From: Longimicrobiales bacterium
GTDB lineage: Bacteria; Gemmatimonadota; Gemmatimonadetes; Longimicrobiales; Gaopeijiaceae
Direction of reading: 5' to 3'
DNA: 64,000 nucleotides
NCBI GenBank assembly: GCA_965203485.1
Contig: OZ241892.1
Location: forward strand, 3,136,001 to 3,200,000
Shown here: positions 21,052 through 31,639 of the stretch, one piece after another
Numbering within the stretch: the first letter of the stretch is position 1
How the letters are laid out: each line of letters begins with the position of its first letter
Made by a program: the position numbers and the translations under genes
The notes under the pieces: model-generated
The model's database searches: none
What the model saw: the letters and a program-made list of their open reading frames with translations, nothing else
What the model was told of the DNA's origin: nothing

Positions 21052-23550
21052 ATGAGACTCGCGTCGATTCGCAACGCTGCGACCGCTTTGGCCGTGGGCC
21101 CGCTGGCGCTGGTGCAGGCCGCGCCGGCGTCGGCGCAGGAGGAGGCCGACACTGCGTTCGCGCTGGGGGAGGTCGTGGTTGTAGTGGGGTCCCGGGCCGG
21201 AACGGTGAACCCGGCGGACCTCTCGGTTCCGGTGGACGTGTACGGCTCGGAAGAGCTGGCGCGTCTCGGCGAGATCGATCTGGCGGAGGTCCTCGGCAGC
21301 ATTGCCCCGTCTTTCAACTCCCAGCGCCTGAACGTCGGAGACGGAGCGGCCCTCCACGTCGCCACGCTCCGGGGCATGAACCCGGACCAAGTGCTGGTCC
21401 TCGTCAACGGGAAGCGCCGCCATGCCGCCGCTTTTCCCAAGGTGATCGCGTCGCTCGGCTTCGGGACGACGGGCACGGACCTGCGCGCCATCCCCGTGCA
21501 GGCGATCAAGCGGATCGAGGTGCTGCGGGAGGGGGCGGCGTCCCAGTACGGATCGGACGCCATCGCGGGCGTGATCAACATCGTGCTCAAGGACGCCGAC
21601 GACGGCGTCACCGCCTCGACGTATCTCGGCCGCACGTCGTGGGGCGACGGCGCTCGCTTGCTGGCGTCCGGCAACACGGGAATCCGGCTGGGCGAGGACG
21701 GATTCCTCAACCTGACCATGGAGTTCGCGAAGCAGGAGCCGACGAGCAGGGCCAGCGCCGCGCCCACGTGCTTCGGCGCGGATCCCAACTATGCGCCGTG
21801 CGCCGGGGGCGGGAGGAACGAGCAGCTGCAGCGAATCGGGGAACCGGACTACGAGGGCGTGGGACTGATGCTCAACGCGGCGGTGCCGGTCGGCGAGTCC
21901 GGGGAGTTGTACGCCTTTGGCGGATATGCAGGCCGGGACGCCGTGAGCGACGGACTCTACCGCAAGGCGGACTGGACGCCCCGCAACGTCTCCTACGTGT
22001 ATCCGGACGGCTTCTTCCCCAAGGAGGAGTCCACGCTGACCGACGGATCCGCGGTCGTTGGGTTGCGCGGCGACGTCTCGGCTTGGTCCGCGGACCTGAG
22101 TTTCCGCTTCGGCCAGGGCCGGTTCGCCTTCGACGCGGTCAACTCCATCAATCCGTCCTATGCCGCCGAGTACTTGGCGCACAACCCTGGAGCGAGCGGC
22201 GCCGCGATCGCGTCGAACGCCGGACCGAGCGACGTCTTCAGCGGCGCCCTCAACCTGCGCCAGCTGGAGGCGAACGCCGACTTGACGCGCGGCTTGGAGC
22301 TGGCGGGCCGGACCGGCGTTCTTGCGCTCGGCGCGGCCTTCAGGCAAGAAAGCTTCTGGATGGATGCCGGCGACTTGGCCTCTTACGCGTGCGGGCCCAG
22401 CAACTCGCCCGGCAGCTTCCCCGCGGCGCACCATCAGAACGACGGCAGCGCGTTCGCCAGCTGCGGCATTCAAGGGTATCCCGGCTACAGTCCGCAGAGC
22501 GCAACCGCCAGCGAGCGGGACCGGACGAGCGTGGGCGCGTACGCCGACCTGGAGTTCCGTTCGCCGGAATCGCCGGTGTCCATCGGGGGCGCGCTTCGCT
22601 TCGAGAACTACAGCGATGCCGGCAACGCCCTGACCGGCAAGGTGGCGGGCCGCCTGGAGCTGGGCGAATCGGGAGCGGCTTTGCGGGCGGCCGCCTCCAC
22701 CGGCTTTCGCGCCCCGGGACTTCCCCAACGCGGGTTCAACACGGTCATCTTCCAGGGGGGAGGCGGCGGGCTCACCAGCACCGGCTTCCTCCCCGAGGGC
22801 GACCCAATAGCCTGCCAGGACTTCGACGCCTGCTCCTTGAAGCACGAGACGTCCTTGAGCCTGACCGGCGGGTTTGTCTATTCTCACGCCCGCGGCTTTC
22901 TGTTCACCGCAGACTACTACCGCGTGGCGGTGACGGACGCCATCGTGCTGACGCAGGGGCTCGGCCCCGACCACGGCTTGCGCGCCAACGCGCAGTTCCA
23001 GGGACGGCCGGTGAACGGCGTGGCGTTCTGGACGAACGCCGTGGACACCCGCACTTCGGGGTTCGACGTGGTCGGCACGTGGCGGTTCAGAGGCATGTCG
23101 TGGGGCGCGGCCGATCTGTCGGCCAGCTACCACCGCAACGAGACCGACATCACGAAGAACCGCAACGCCGCGTTCGTCCGCGAAACCCAGACGGCCCTCA
23201 TCACCGACGCGCAACCCAAGCAACGCATCGGCGCGAGCGTCGACGTGCGGTCCGCCCGAGGCTTCGGGGTGCGGTTTCGGGTGAACCACATCGGCGAGAT
23301 CACTTCGCCGACCGTCTTCGAGGAGCCCGTGAAAGTCGCGGCGGCGGCCATCGCCGACCTGGAAGCCGACGTTGCCGTCGCCGACCGGATTCGGCTGACC
23401 GTCGGCGCCAACAACCTGTTCGACAAGCTGCCCGGCAAGCTGGCTGACGGCCATGTGGGCCAGCTGTGGGCGTTCGACTATCCGACCGAGTCGCCCTACG
23501 GCCTCCTGGGCCGGATCGTCTTCGCGAAGGTGGACATCGTGGGGTCGTGA
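21052..23550 (+). CDS. TonB-dependent receptor
   Basis: LRGMNPDQVLVLVNGKRRH, RIEVLREGAASQYGSDAIAGVINI, GANNLFD; RBS GGAGG. Confidence 0.95.
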   Translation: MRLASIRNAATALAVGPLALVQAAPASAQEEADTAFALGEVVVVVGSRAGTVNPADLSVPVDVYGSEELARLGEIDLAEVLGSIAPSFNSQRLNVGDGAALHVATLRGMNPDQVLVLVNGKRRHAAAFPKVIASLGFGTTGTDLRAIPVQAIKRIEVLREGAASQYGSDAIAGVINIVLKDADDGVTASTYLGRTSWGDGARLLASGNTGIRLGEDGFLNLTMEFAKQEPTSRASAAPTCFGADPNYAPCAGGGRNEQLQRIGEPDYEGVGLMLNAAVPVGESGELYAFGGYAGRDAVSDGLYRKADWTPRNVSYVYPDGFFPKEESTLTDGSAVVGLRGDVSAWSADLSFRFGQGRFAFDAVNSINPSYAAEYLAHNPGASGAAIASNAGPSDVFSGALNLRQLEANADLTRGLELAGRTGVLALGAAFRQESFWMDAGDLASYACGPSNSPGSFPAAHHQNDGSAFASCGIQGYPGYSPQSATASERDRTSVGAYADLEFRSPESPVSIGGALRFENYSDAGNALTGKVAGRLELGESGAALRAAASTGFRAPGLPQRGFNTVIFQGGGGGLTSTGFLPEGDPIACQDFDACSLKHETSLSLTGGFVYSHARGFLFTADYYRVAVTDAIVLTQGLGPDHGLRANAQFQGRPVNGVAFWTNAVDTRTSGFDVVGTWRFRGMSWGAADLSASYHRNETDITKNRNAAFVRETQTALITDAQPKQRIGASVDVRSARGFGVRFRVNHIGEITSPTVFEEPVKVAAAAIADLEADVAVADRIRLTVGANNLFDKLPGKLADGHVGQLWAFDYPTESPYGLLGRIVFAKVDIVGS

Positions 23551-23622
23551 GTTCGGACACGCGACGCCGTGCCTGATTGAGGCCCGATAGCACAGCATTC
23601 GCGCACCAGCGGACGAAAGGCG

Positions 23623-24891
23623 TCACGAGGGTCGGACTTGCGCACCGCTTGACGGGCGGGCGACGAACAACTCGTCGTTCCGGGGGCGCCCGCCGAGCCG
23701 GGGCGCGTAGAATCGTTCGGCCAGCGCTTCCATGACCGCCTCGTTGTCGTCGCAAAGGACGATCGCGCAACCCCCGAAGCCGGCCCCCGTGAGGCGAGCC
23801 CCAGCCGCCCCGGCCTGCAGGGCCACCGAGACGATGGCGTCCAGCTCGGGGGTGCTCACGCCGTAGTCGTCCCGGAGGCTCTCGTGCGACTGGACCATGA
23901 GGGCGCCGAAGTCGGCCGCCCGCGATTCCGCCATGGCGCGTTGAGCGAGTTCCACTCGCCTCGCTTCCGTAAGCACGTGGCGCGTTCGGCGCAACAGGGC
24001 GGGGGGCAGAATGCGGTCTGCGCGATCCAGTAGCGCATCCGTTCCGAAGGCCGACACGAGCTCCCCGAACATGGGTCCGGCTCGGGGGCGGAGCGGGGCG
24101 CCCGGGACGGCGCCGTCTGGACGAGGCGCACCGCGTCCGTCATCGTCGTCCATGCAGTTGCCTTGCGGAAGGCGGCGCACGAAGGCTTTGTCGGCCACCG
24201 ACGCAGCCAGCAGACATGCGGCCTCCCGGCATTCTCTGACCCGCGCGTTGTAAGCGGCGCGGGCGTTTCCCGTTTTCTCGGCGCGCGCCAAGGAAGACGC
24301 CACTACCCAACGCCAGCGTTCTGGAATCGGGACGGGGGTCGCGCGAAGCGGGCCGAAGTCGATGCGCAATGCATGATTCGCCACTCCGCACAGGGAGGCG
24401 GCCTGATCCATTCCGCCGCCCTCCGCGCCGGCGAAGCGTTCGGCGCGGGCCGCGAGCTCCGCGAGTTCCAGCGGCGCAACGGAGCGTCCGTTGGCGTGCA
24501 GCAAGGCCAGAGCAGAAGCGACGACCAGCGCCGAGGACGACGAGAGGCCGACGGCGACTGGCAGGCTTCCGGAGACGTTGCCGACGATTCCGCGCTCCAG
24601 GGCGATTCCATGATCCAGCAGGCCCTTTGCGGCGGCGCGCACGTAGTTCGACCAATGGCCGGCGGCGGCGGGCCGAATGCGGCCATCCAGGCGAAACGCG
24701 AAGCTCGGAAACTCGGCCCGGTCGCTCGAGAGGCGCAGCGCAAGTTTCGGAAGCATGCGGAACCGGACGCGCACGTCGCGGTCCAGCGTCATCGGCAACA
24801 CCGGCAGACCGTTGTAGTCGGTGTGCTCGCCCACGAGATTGACGCGGCCGGGGGCGGCGGCGGTCCAGGCGATGACGTCTTCGCTATCCAC
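23623..24891 (-). CDS. galK: Galactokinase (GHMP kinase)
   Basis: APGRVNLVGEHTDYN, GLSSSSA, GGMDQ, GARLTGAGFGG. Start uncertain. Confidence 0.85.
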   Translation of the reverse strand: MDSEDVIAWTAAAPGRVNLVGEHTDYNGLPVLPMTLDRDVRVRFRMLPKLALRLSSDRAEFPSFAFRLDGRIRPAAAGHWSNYVRAAAKGLLDHGIALERGIVGNVSGSLPVAVGLSSSSALVVASALALLHANGRSVAPLELAELAARAERFAGAEGGGMDQAASLCGVANHALRIDFGPLRATPVPIPERWRWVVASSLARAEKTGNARAAYNARVRECREAACLLAASVADKAFVRRLPQGNCMDDDDGRGAPRPDGAVPGAPLRPRAGPMFGELVSAFGTDALLDRADRILPPALLRRTRHVLTEARRVELAQRAMAESRAADFGALMVQSHESLRDDYGVSTPELDAIVSVALQAGAAGARLTGAGFGGCAIVLCDDNEAVMEALAERFYAPRLGGRPRNDELFVARPSSGAQVRPS

Positions 24892-25088
24892 GCTGCTCGG
24901 GTCGCGGCGCCGCGCTGGGTTCGCCGTGCCGACGGGCACGCGGCAAGCGCCAGGCGCTACCAGCCGAGCCGATGGACGACAATCTGCAATACCCCGAGGT
25001 CGGCGAACTTGGTCGTGCAGGCCATCGCTTCGCCTTCGACGGATGAACAGGCTGGGCGATGCACGGTGTTCGTCACGTCTCGGCTTCG

Positions 25089-26885
25089 CTACGGGTCGGC
25101 CGAGTCGGCGCCCTGCTCGGCCCAGCCGATTCGGGGCAACAGCCGAATCAGCCATGTTCCCGCCCCGGCAGCGGCGCCAAGCGCCAGCACGGCCGGCGCC
25201 GGGCGGCCGTAGAGGACGTAGCCCGTCCCGAAGAGGACGCCGTACACGGTCACGCACCCCAGGAACCAGGCGAGCAGGGCCGCGGTGACGGTCCCGGCAC
25301 GGTCTTGGCCGATTCCGGCGTCCACGACCCGCCGCCATCCCCGTCCCAGCGGGCGGATCTTGTCGTAGAAGCGCTGCAGCGTGGGTTGGTCGGCGGGCGG
25401 CGTGGCCAGCGTGACGGCGAGCCAGCCGGCCGTCGTCACGGCCACGCTGGCCACGATCTGGGCCGACGGCGCCAGCGGGGCGAAGCCAAGCGCCGGATGG
25501 ACCCACGCGAAATGGACGGCCACGAGAAAGGAAATGGCCATGGCGGCCAGTTCGCTCCAGACGTTGACGCGGTACCAGAACCAGCGGAGCAGGAAGACGA
25601 GTCCCGTGCCGGCCCCCACGTTGAGCAGGATCTGGAAGCCTTGGCTGGCCGTGTCCAGCTGGAGCGCGACGAACGCGCCCGCCGCCATCAAGCCCACGGT
25701 CGCCAGTCGGCCGGCCGCCACGAGCTGGCGTTCGCTCGCCTGCGGGTTGACGAAGCGGCGGTAGAAGTCGTTGACGACGTAGGACGCGCCCCAGTTGAGC
25801 TGCGTGCTGACCGTGGACATGTACGCCGCCGCCAGCGAGGCCACCACGAGGCCCAGAAGCCCGGCGGGCAGGAAGACGAGCATGGCTGGATAGGCCAAGT
25901 CGTGCCCGACGAGCGAGGGATCCAGTCCTGGGAAGCGGGCCTGGATGTCGGACAGCTCCGGGTAGACGATCAGAGAGCAGAGCGCCACGACGATCCACGG
26001 CCAGGGGCGCAGTCCGTAGTGCGCGACGTTGAACCACAGCGTAGCCTTGACGGCTTCGCGCTCGTTGCGCGCCGCCAGCATTCGCTGGGCCACGTAGCCG
26101 CCGCCGCCCGGCTCGGCGCCGGGGTACCAGACGCTCCACCACTGCACGGCCACGGGGACCACGAAGATTGCGGCCGCCGTCGTCCAATCGGAGAAGTCGG
26201 GGAAGAAGTTCATGGCTTGGCGGGCGCCGGGATGGGCCGCCAGGCCGGCAAGTCCGCCGACGTCCGGGTGCCCCAGGGCGAACCACGCGGCCGCCACCGA
26301 CCCCACCATGGCCATCACGAAGAGAACCAAGTCCGTCGCCACGACGCCCCAGAGCCCGGAAGTGGCCGAATAGAGCATGGCGGCGGACCCGGCCACCACG
26401 ACGGTCGTGAGCGGGTCGAGGCCCAGGAGCACGCCCCCGATCTTGGTCGCCGCCAGCGTGACCGTCGCGATGATCACCACGTTGAAGAAGACGCCCAGAT
26501 AGAGCGCCCGAAATCCCCTTAGAAAAGCGGCGGGACGGCCCGCGTAGCGGAGCTCGTAGAACTCGATGTCCGTCAGCGCGCCCGACCGCCGCCACAGCTT
26601 CGCGTAGAAGAACACCGTGCACATGCCCGTGATCAGGAAGGCCCACCAGGACCAGTTCCTGGCCACGCCGCCGTCGCGCACGAAGTTGGCCACCAAGTTG
26701 GGCGTGTCCGTGGAGAAGGTCGTCGCCACCATGGACGTGCCCAGGAGCCACCACGGAAGCTTGCGGCCCGAAAGGAAGAACTCGCCCGCGCCGCTCCCCG
26801 CCCGGCGGGCGAAGCCGAGTCCGATGGCCAGCGCCGCGAGGCCGTAGAGGGCGACGACGATCCAGTCGAGAGGAGCTAGCTGCAT
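25089..26885 (-). CDS. Sodium:solute symporter (SSS family)
   Basis: FFLSGRKLPWW, SMVATTF, YVAQRMLAA, AAYMST; many TM helices. Confidence 0.92.
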   Translation of the reverse strand: MQLAPLDWIVVALYGLAALAIGLGFARRAGSGAGEFFLSGRKLPWWLLGTSMVATTFSTDTPNLVANFVRDGGVARNWSWWAFLITGMCTVFFYAKLWRRSGALTDIEFYELRYAGRPAAFLRGFRALYLGVFFNVVIIATVTLAATKIGGVLLGLDPLTTVVVAGSAAMLYSATSGLWGVVATDLVLFVMAMVGSVAAAWFALGHPDVGGLAGLAAHPGARQAMNFFPDFSDWTTAAAIFVVPVAVQWWSVWYPGAEPGGGGYVAQRMLAARNEREAVKATLWFNVAHYGLRPWPWIVVALCSLIVYPELSDIQARFPGLDPSLVGHDLAYPAMLVFLPAGLLGLVVASLAAAYMSTVSTQLNWGASYVVNDFYRRFVNPQASERQLVAAGRLATVGLMAAGAFVALQLDTASQGFQILLNVGAGTGLVFLLRWFWYRVNVWSELAAMAISFLVAVHFAWVHPALGFAPLAPSAQIVASVAVTTAGWLAVTLATPPADQPTLQRFYDKIRPLGRGWRRVVDAGIGQDRAGTVTAALLAWFLGCVTVYGVLFGTGYVLYGRPAPAVLALGAAAGAGTWLIRLLPRIGWAEQGADSADP

Positions 26886-26940
26886 GAGGGACGGCCTTTC
26901 GGAAGCGGCCAGAGGCGGCCGAACGTCGGCGCAACGCCGG

Positions 26941-28035
26941 TCAAGGCCGCACCGAACCCGAGGAGTGGTCCCCCGGCAACGGCCAGAGACGGCGCGGATA
27001 CGCCCCCGATTCTACCATGGCCCGGAGCGCGGCGGCCACTTCGGCGCGGTCGCCCGGGAAGGTCACGCCCATCCAGGGTTCGGCTGCGGGCAACGCTTGG
27101 CAACGGAGCCGTCCGGCCGCGACCAGCTTGCCGACCGCCTCGGTCAAGTAGAACTCGGCGGCGGGGCCGGGCTTGGAGGCGAGGAAGTCCGCGAAACCCT
27201 CCGCCAAGCAGGCGCGGACTTCGGGCGCGAAGCCCCAGAGGCTCATGCAGGCGGGGGCGTCGGCCGGGACGCTCGCCGGGGCGCCTGCGGCCGTCCGGCC
27301 GACGACCTGATCGCCTTGGAGGCGCAGGTCCAGCCCTTCTCCGAGCGCGGCGAGGCGCCCGTCGGGACCGACGTGGCAGATGCCGCGCGACACGCCGCCC
27401 CGGGACGACAGCGTGGCGCGCAACGGATAGGTCACGGTGACCGCAGGCACGACAGGAGAAGAGTGCGCGGAGGCGGCGCCGGTTGTTCGAGGCGCGAGTC
27501 CGGTTCGCGAACGACGGCGCGCGGACAGCAAGCCCACGGAGGCGCCTGCGGCCGATCGAGGTTCTGCCGACTCCATTTCGCGCAACGCCCGGCGCAGCAG
27601 TACATAGGCGCCCCGGCCGTAGAAGTCGTCGGCGTTGCAGACGCCGAAGGGCGAGTCCAGGTGGCGAGTCGCCGCAAGAACGGCGAAGCCGGTTCCCAAT
27701 GGCTTGGTCCTTCCCGGCGGAGGCTGCTCGACCGGACGCGGGAGCGCCAACGGTTGCGGCACAAGCAGGACGTCGGCCCCGGCGGTCGTCGCGGGCGCGA
27801 GATGGCGCTCGAAGTCGGCGCGCAACGTTTCCTGGATAACGATCACGAAGCGCGCGAAGCCGGCGAGGGAGGCGTCGTGGAGCGCGTAGTCCAAGAGCGC
27901 GTGTCCGCCAGGACCCACGGGCTCGAGCTGCTTGGGCCGGCCGAAGCGCGAGGACAGGCCGGCGGCGAGGATCACGAGAACCGGGCTTGCACCATCGCCT
28001 TCAGCGCCGGCCCCCCTGTCGTTAGCTGCAGACAT
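26941..28035 (-). CDS. Sugar-phosphate nucleotidyltransferase
   Basis: LAAGLSSRFG..KQL, RTKPLGTG, NADDFYG, EFYL, WMGVT. Confidence 0.85.
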   Translation of the reverse strand: MSAANDRGAGAEGDGASPVLVILAAGLSSRFGRPKQLEPVGPGGHALLDYALHDASLAGFARFVIVIQETLRADFERHLAPATTAGADVLLVPQPLALPRPVEQPPPGRTKPLGTGFAVLAATRHLDSPFGVCNADDFYGRGAYVLLRRALREMESAEPRSAAGASVGLLSARRRSRTGLAPRTTGAASAHSSPVVPAVTVTYPLRATLSSRGGVSRGICHVGPDGRLAALGEGLDLRLQGDQVVGRTAAGAPASVPADAPACMSLWGFAPEVRACLAEGFADFLASKPGPAAEFYLTEAVGKLVAAGRLRCQALPAAEPWMGVTFPGDRAEVAAALRAMVESGAYPRRLWPLPGDHSSGSVRP

Positions 28036-28086
28036 CGACCGGCGCTTGGACGACGGGCAACCCAAGGCCGCCCACGCGACGACGGC

Positions 28087-29220
28087 CTATTCGCCCATTG
28101 CTTCGGCCAAGAGGCGGTGGAAGTGGTGCGTTCCAACTTCTCGCCGAGGCGAGAATCGTCCGCGCCCGTAGAGCCGCGACGCCAAGCCCCGGTGCTGGGA
28201 CTCCACCACCTCCTCGTCCTCCATCTCCACTCGGTGCAGGTCCGCGCCTACGCCCCGTTCGCGCATGCTTTCGTCCCACACGAAGGGCAAGAACGCGACC
28301 CGCGTGCGGTCTCTCCCCAGCGGCGTGACGACGTTCATGGACACGCCCCACGGATAGAAGTTCAGCATCACGTTGGGGAACAGCCAGAAGTAGAAGGCCG
28401 CCATGCGCTCGCCCCGGTCGGGATGTCCGTCGGGCAGCTTGAACGCCGCGTCGCCGTTCCTGCCGATTCCGAACTGCAGGCTGCCCCACGGAAAACGCTC
28501 GGTTCGGTAGGCGTCGTAGTCCAGGCCCGACAAGCTGGCGCCGTGGACGTAGGGAATGTGGAACTCTTCCAGGTAGTTGTCGCAATAGAGCGCCCAGTTG
28601 GCCTCGACGAGGTAGTCCCGGGCGCCGCCGGCGTCGAAGCGCGCCTCGTCCAGAGGCATCCAGTCGCAACGGGCGCGCACCGGCGCGATCCACTCGTCGA
28701 ACGAACAAGGCGGATCCTGGTCCAAGTTGGCGAAGAGGAACGGTCCCCAGCGGCCCGTCGCCAGCCAGGGCAGATCGTCGGCCCGGCTGGGGAATCCGGT
28801 CACGCCGTCGAACTCCGGCATCGATCGGAACGAGCCGTCCAGCTCGAAGCGGCGTCCGTGATAGCGGCACTTCAGGCTATGGACATGCCCCTCGCCCTCC
28901 ACCACGATGGCCCCCCGGTGCGTGCACACGTTCGAGAGGCAATGGACCTTGTCGTCGCGGTCGCGCACGACGACCACGGGCTCGTCCAAGCATCCCGGCA
29001 ACAGTTCCGACGGCAACACGTGGCCGGGCGCCTTCAAGCGGTTGAGGTCGGCCGCGAAGTGCCACGCGCGGGCGAAGACGCGTTCGCGCTGGCCCTCGTA
29101 GACCGCGTCCGAGTGATAGAAGGAGCCCGGAAGCGTCCGCGCCTCGCGCACGTCCGCGCTCACGCGGCAACCGCAACCCGTGCCAGGCGCGCTCCTGGAC
29201 CCGCCGCCCTCGTCGCTCAT
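28087..29220 (-). CDS. Rieske oxygenase alpha subunit (choline monooxygenase-like)
   Basis: NVCTHRG and CRYHG Rieske ligands; DNYLEEFHIPYVH mononuclear Fe site. Confidence 0.9.
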   Translation of the reverse strand: MSDEGGGSRSAPGTGCGCRVSADVREARTLPGSFYHSDAVYEGQRERVFARAWHFAADLNRLKAPGHVLPSELLPGCLDEPVVVVRDRDDKVHCLSNVCTHRGAIVVEGEGHVHSLKCRYHGRRFELDGSFRSMPEFDGVTGFPSRADDLPWLATGRWGPFLFANLDQDPPCSFDEWIAPVRARCDWMPLDEARFDAGGARDYLVEANWALYCDNYLEEFHIPYVHGASLSGLDYDAYRTERFPWGSLQFGIGRNGDAAFKLPDGHPDRGERMAAFYFWLFPNVMLNFYPWGVSMNVVTPLGRDRTRVAFLPFVWDESMRERGVGADLHRVEMEDEEVVESQHRGLASRLYGRGRFSPRREVGTHHFHRLLAEAMGE

Positions 29221-29328
29221 GGCACCCAAGCAACGGGTACCGCCGCGTCCGGCAGGCCATTCAGCACTGGGCTCGGCCTCGAGCCGAACGAGGCCGCATG
29301 TTCCTCTCGTCCAGCCGCCCCCTCCCGT

Positions 29329-29712
29329 TCAGTTCTTGGTCGCCGAGAATCCCCCGGACATGCCGCCCATCGACCAAGTGCCGTCGACAACTCCGTCCTC
29401 GGAGACAACGACCTCGATCGCGAGCGGCCCCATCGGCCCGCTGGCTTCGATCGTCATCGACCGATCGATCACGACGATCCCGTTTATCGAGATGGGAGGC
29501 GTCCCGTCGTCGGCGGCGATGGAGCCCGCGTAGGCTCCCTCCGTCCCCTGAATCGTCATCGTTCCCGTCATCGTCATGCCTTCGACCTCGGCGACGAAGT
29601 CGTACGAGCCGGTGGGATCGAGGGGCGGCGGCGCTGGGGGCTCCGGCGGCGGGCCGGCACACGCGGCAAAGGCCAGCGCAAGGAGGGCTCCAGCGAAGTA
29701 CTTTCTGGTCAT
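29329..29712 (-). CDS. Small beta-rich lipoprotein, hypothetical
   Basis: Lipobox FAAC, Pro-rich linker, RBS AGGAGA. Confidence 0.75.
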   Translation of the reverse strand: MTRKYFAGALLALAFAACAGPPPEPPAPPPLDPTGSYDFVAEVEGMTMTGTMTIQGTEGAYAGSIAADDGTPPISINGIVVIDRSMTIEASGPMGPLAIEVVVSEDGVVDGTWSMGGMSGGFSATKN

Positions 29713-29971
29713 GGTCGGTCTCCTGCAGGCGCGAGGAAGGCGAAGCCGCCATCTATGAGGTGGCGGGACTCAAGGTACCGCGGGAACGAGCGCCGCGCAA
29801 TCCGAAGCGAGGCGCAACGGCGAATGCTCCGCCCGATGGTCGTTCGCCGAGGCGGCGGCCGTGCGAAGAGCCCCCGTCGAGAGGGGCGACCCGGCGGCGA
29901 AGACGATGCGTACTGCGTGCCCACCGGCAACACGGGCGATGACAGTTCCCGTAGGCTGATCGCGTTGTGGT

Positions 29972-30721
29972 TCAGGGCTGGCTCCATTCGGCATGAACGA
30001 CGCACGCCGAGAGTTGAATGCCGCGCACGGTGATCTTTGCATCCGAGCGGTCTGCCGCCACGCGCGCAACGAGCCTGCCGTCGAGATGGCACGGGATGAC
30101 GGGGGCGTCCCGCTCGAAGTCCTGTAGCGAAGATTCCTGAATGGAGTCGAACAATCGGACCGGTATTTCGACGAGCTGATAGCGGTGTGGGGGTGAATTG
30201 GCGTCGCCCCGGAAGGCGCGCAACATCAAGATCGCGCTGACCGCCTCGCGGTACTCTCGGAACAGATCCCGCATGGCGTTGCGTCGGGCGGTCGGCGGGC
30301 GGGCATCCTGAATCCAGGCGGCCTCGGTCAGCTTCGAGATGTGCACGGTCGTCTCGGAGAGGTTACGGGCCGCAGTCGACTTCAGGGAGAGCTTTCGTGC
30401 CTTTCCCGCGGCCTCTACGGTTACGTCTACGAACCGGCGGGTACGAGAGCCGGGTTCGTCCATCGGCCACTGCACGTACCTGCAAGCGTTCCTGAACGCG
30501 GTCTCGAAGGCCACGAGCGCCAAGGGCTCCGGCGTCGCATCATGGTGCACCGACAGTACCAGACCGAAGTACTCGAGCCACTCCGGGGATGCCGTGATCC
30601 ATGTCCTCCCCATGGCCGCCGCCCGCGGGGGCCGGGACAACGAATCGACCATCCGGCAGACGAATTCCACCTTAACCGGGGAAAGTTGGTCGAGCCTAGC
30701 CTTGAGTTGCTCGAGCGTCAC
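29972..30721 (-). CDS. Type II restriction endonuclease, SmaI-like
   Basis: FGLVLSVHH, FETAF, KLSLKSTAARNLS..VHISK, YQLVEIP and CVVHAEW recall R.SmaI (from memory); GTGA-coupled to the methyltransferase. Confidence 0.7.
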   Translation of the reverse strand: MTLEQLKARLDQLSPVKVEFVCRMVDSLSRPPRAAAMGRTWITASPEWLEYFGLVLSVHHDATPEPLALVAFETAFRNACRYVQWPMDEPGSRTRRFVDVTVEAAGKARKLSLKSTAARNLSETTVHISKLTEAAWIQDARPPTARRNAMRDLFREYREAVSAILMLRAFRGDANSPPHRYQLVEIPVRLFDSIQESSLQDFERDAPVIPCHLDGRLVARVAADRSDAKITVRGIQLSACVVHAEWSQP

Positions 30722-31617
30722 AGGTGGCGCAGGCGCCGATCAATCAGGTCCACGAACGACCGGTTGATCTCGATGCCGATCCATCGGCGGCCGAGTCGGT
30801 GAGCGGCGACCAGTGTGGTGCCCGCTCCTGCATACGGGTCAAGCACGATCGTGTTCTCGCGGCTGGTGATGGATACGCATTGCCGGGCAAGCGTCATCGG
30901 CATCATGGCCGGATGGTCGTCGGCAGTTCCGTTTAGCCGTTTGAGCGGTTTCGTGGCGATATCCCACACGCTGCGGAGCCGGCGTCCCCGTGGGCCGGAG
31001 ACTGCCTCAATGTCGTAGTAGTAGTCCTGATTCTTGGAGAGCAAAAAGATCGTCTCATGCGCCTTTGTGGGTCTATCACGGACGGATTCCGGGTGCGCGT
31101 TCGGCTTGTGCCAGATCACCTCCGACCGAAGCCACCAGCCGGCCGCCTGAAGCGCGAAGGCAAGTCGCCACGGCACGCCGATGAGGTCCTTCGGCTTGAG
31201 CCCTCGGGGAGTCGGGGGCCGCGTTGTCATGGCTCGTGCCCGGTTCTTTCGATCGGGTGCTCGGTAGCGTCGATTCCCGGATGTGAAGACATCGCCCACA
31301 TTGAGCCAGACGGTGCCATCCGGCCGGAGGACTCGCCGAAGTTCCTCGAACACCGCCAGGATGCTGCCGATGTAGTCGTCGAGGGAGTCGTCTCGGCCGA
31401 TCTGATCCTCGACGGCATAGTCCCGCAGAGACCAGTACGGCGGACTCGTGACCACGGTCTGCACGGACTCGCTTGGAAGCAATTGGAGTGACTTGTGCGC
31501 GTCGCCACAGATCAAAGTCGATTGACGTAGTGGCAACGGTGCGTGTGCAGATTCATCGACTCGGACGTGTCCGCTTGCGTTGGCGAACAGATCCCGAAAA
31601 GTGGCGACCGTGGTCAA
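30718..31617 (-). CDS. N4-cytosine DNA methyltransferase (beta class, M.SmaI/Cfr9I-like)
   Basis: TSPPYWSLRDY, KPKDLIGVPWRLAFAL, PESVRDRPT, VLDPYAGAGTT. Start uncertain. Confidence 0.88.
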   Translation of the reverse strand: MTTVATFRDLFANASGHVRVDESAHAPLPLRQSTLICGDAHKSLQLLPSESVQTVVTSPPYWSLRDYAVEDQIGRDDSLDDYIGSILAVFEELRRVLRPDGTVWLNVGDVFTSGNRRYRAPDRKNRARAMTTRPPTPRGLKPKDLIGVPWRLAFALQAAGWWLRSEVIWHKPNAHPESVRDRPTKAHETIFLLSKNQDYYYDIEAVSGPRGRRLRSVWDIATKPLKRLNGTADDHPAMMPMTLARQCVSITSRENTIVLDPYAGAGTTLVAAHRLGRRWIGIEINRSFVDLIDRRLRHL

Positions 31618-31639
31618 GATCGCACGTTGGCGTCGAGAC

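Noticed and set aside
29744..29764. Hairpin CCGCCATCT-ATG-AGGTGGCGG as a terminator or ncRNA
   Set aside because: No U-tract on either strand and no second copy noticed; not enough support.
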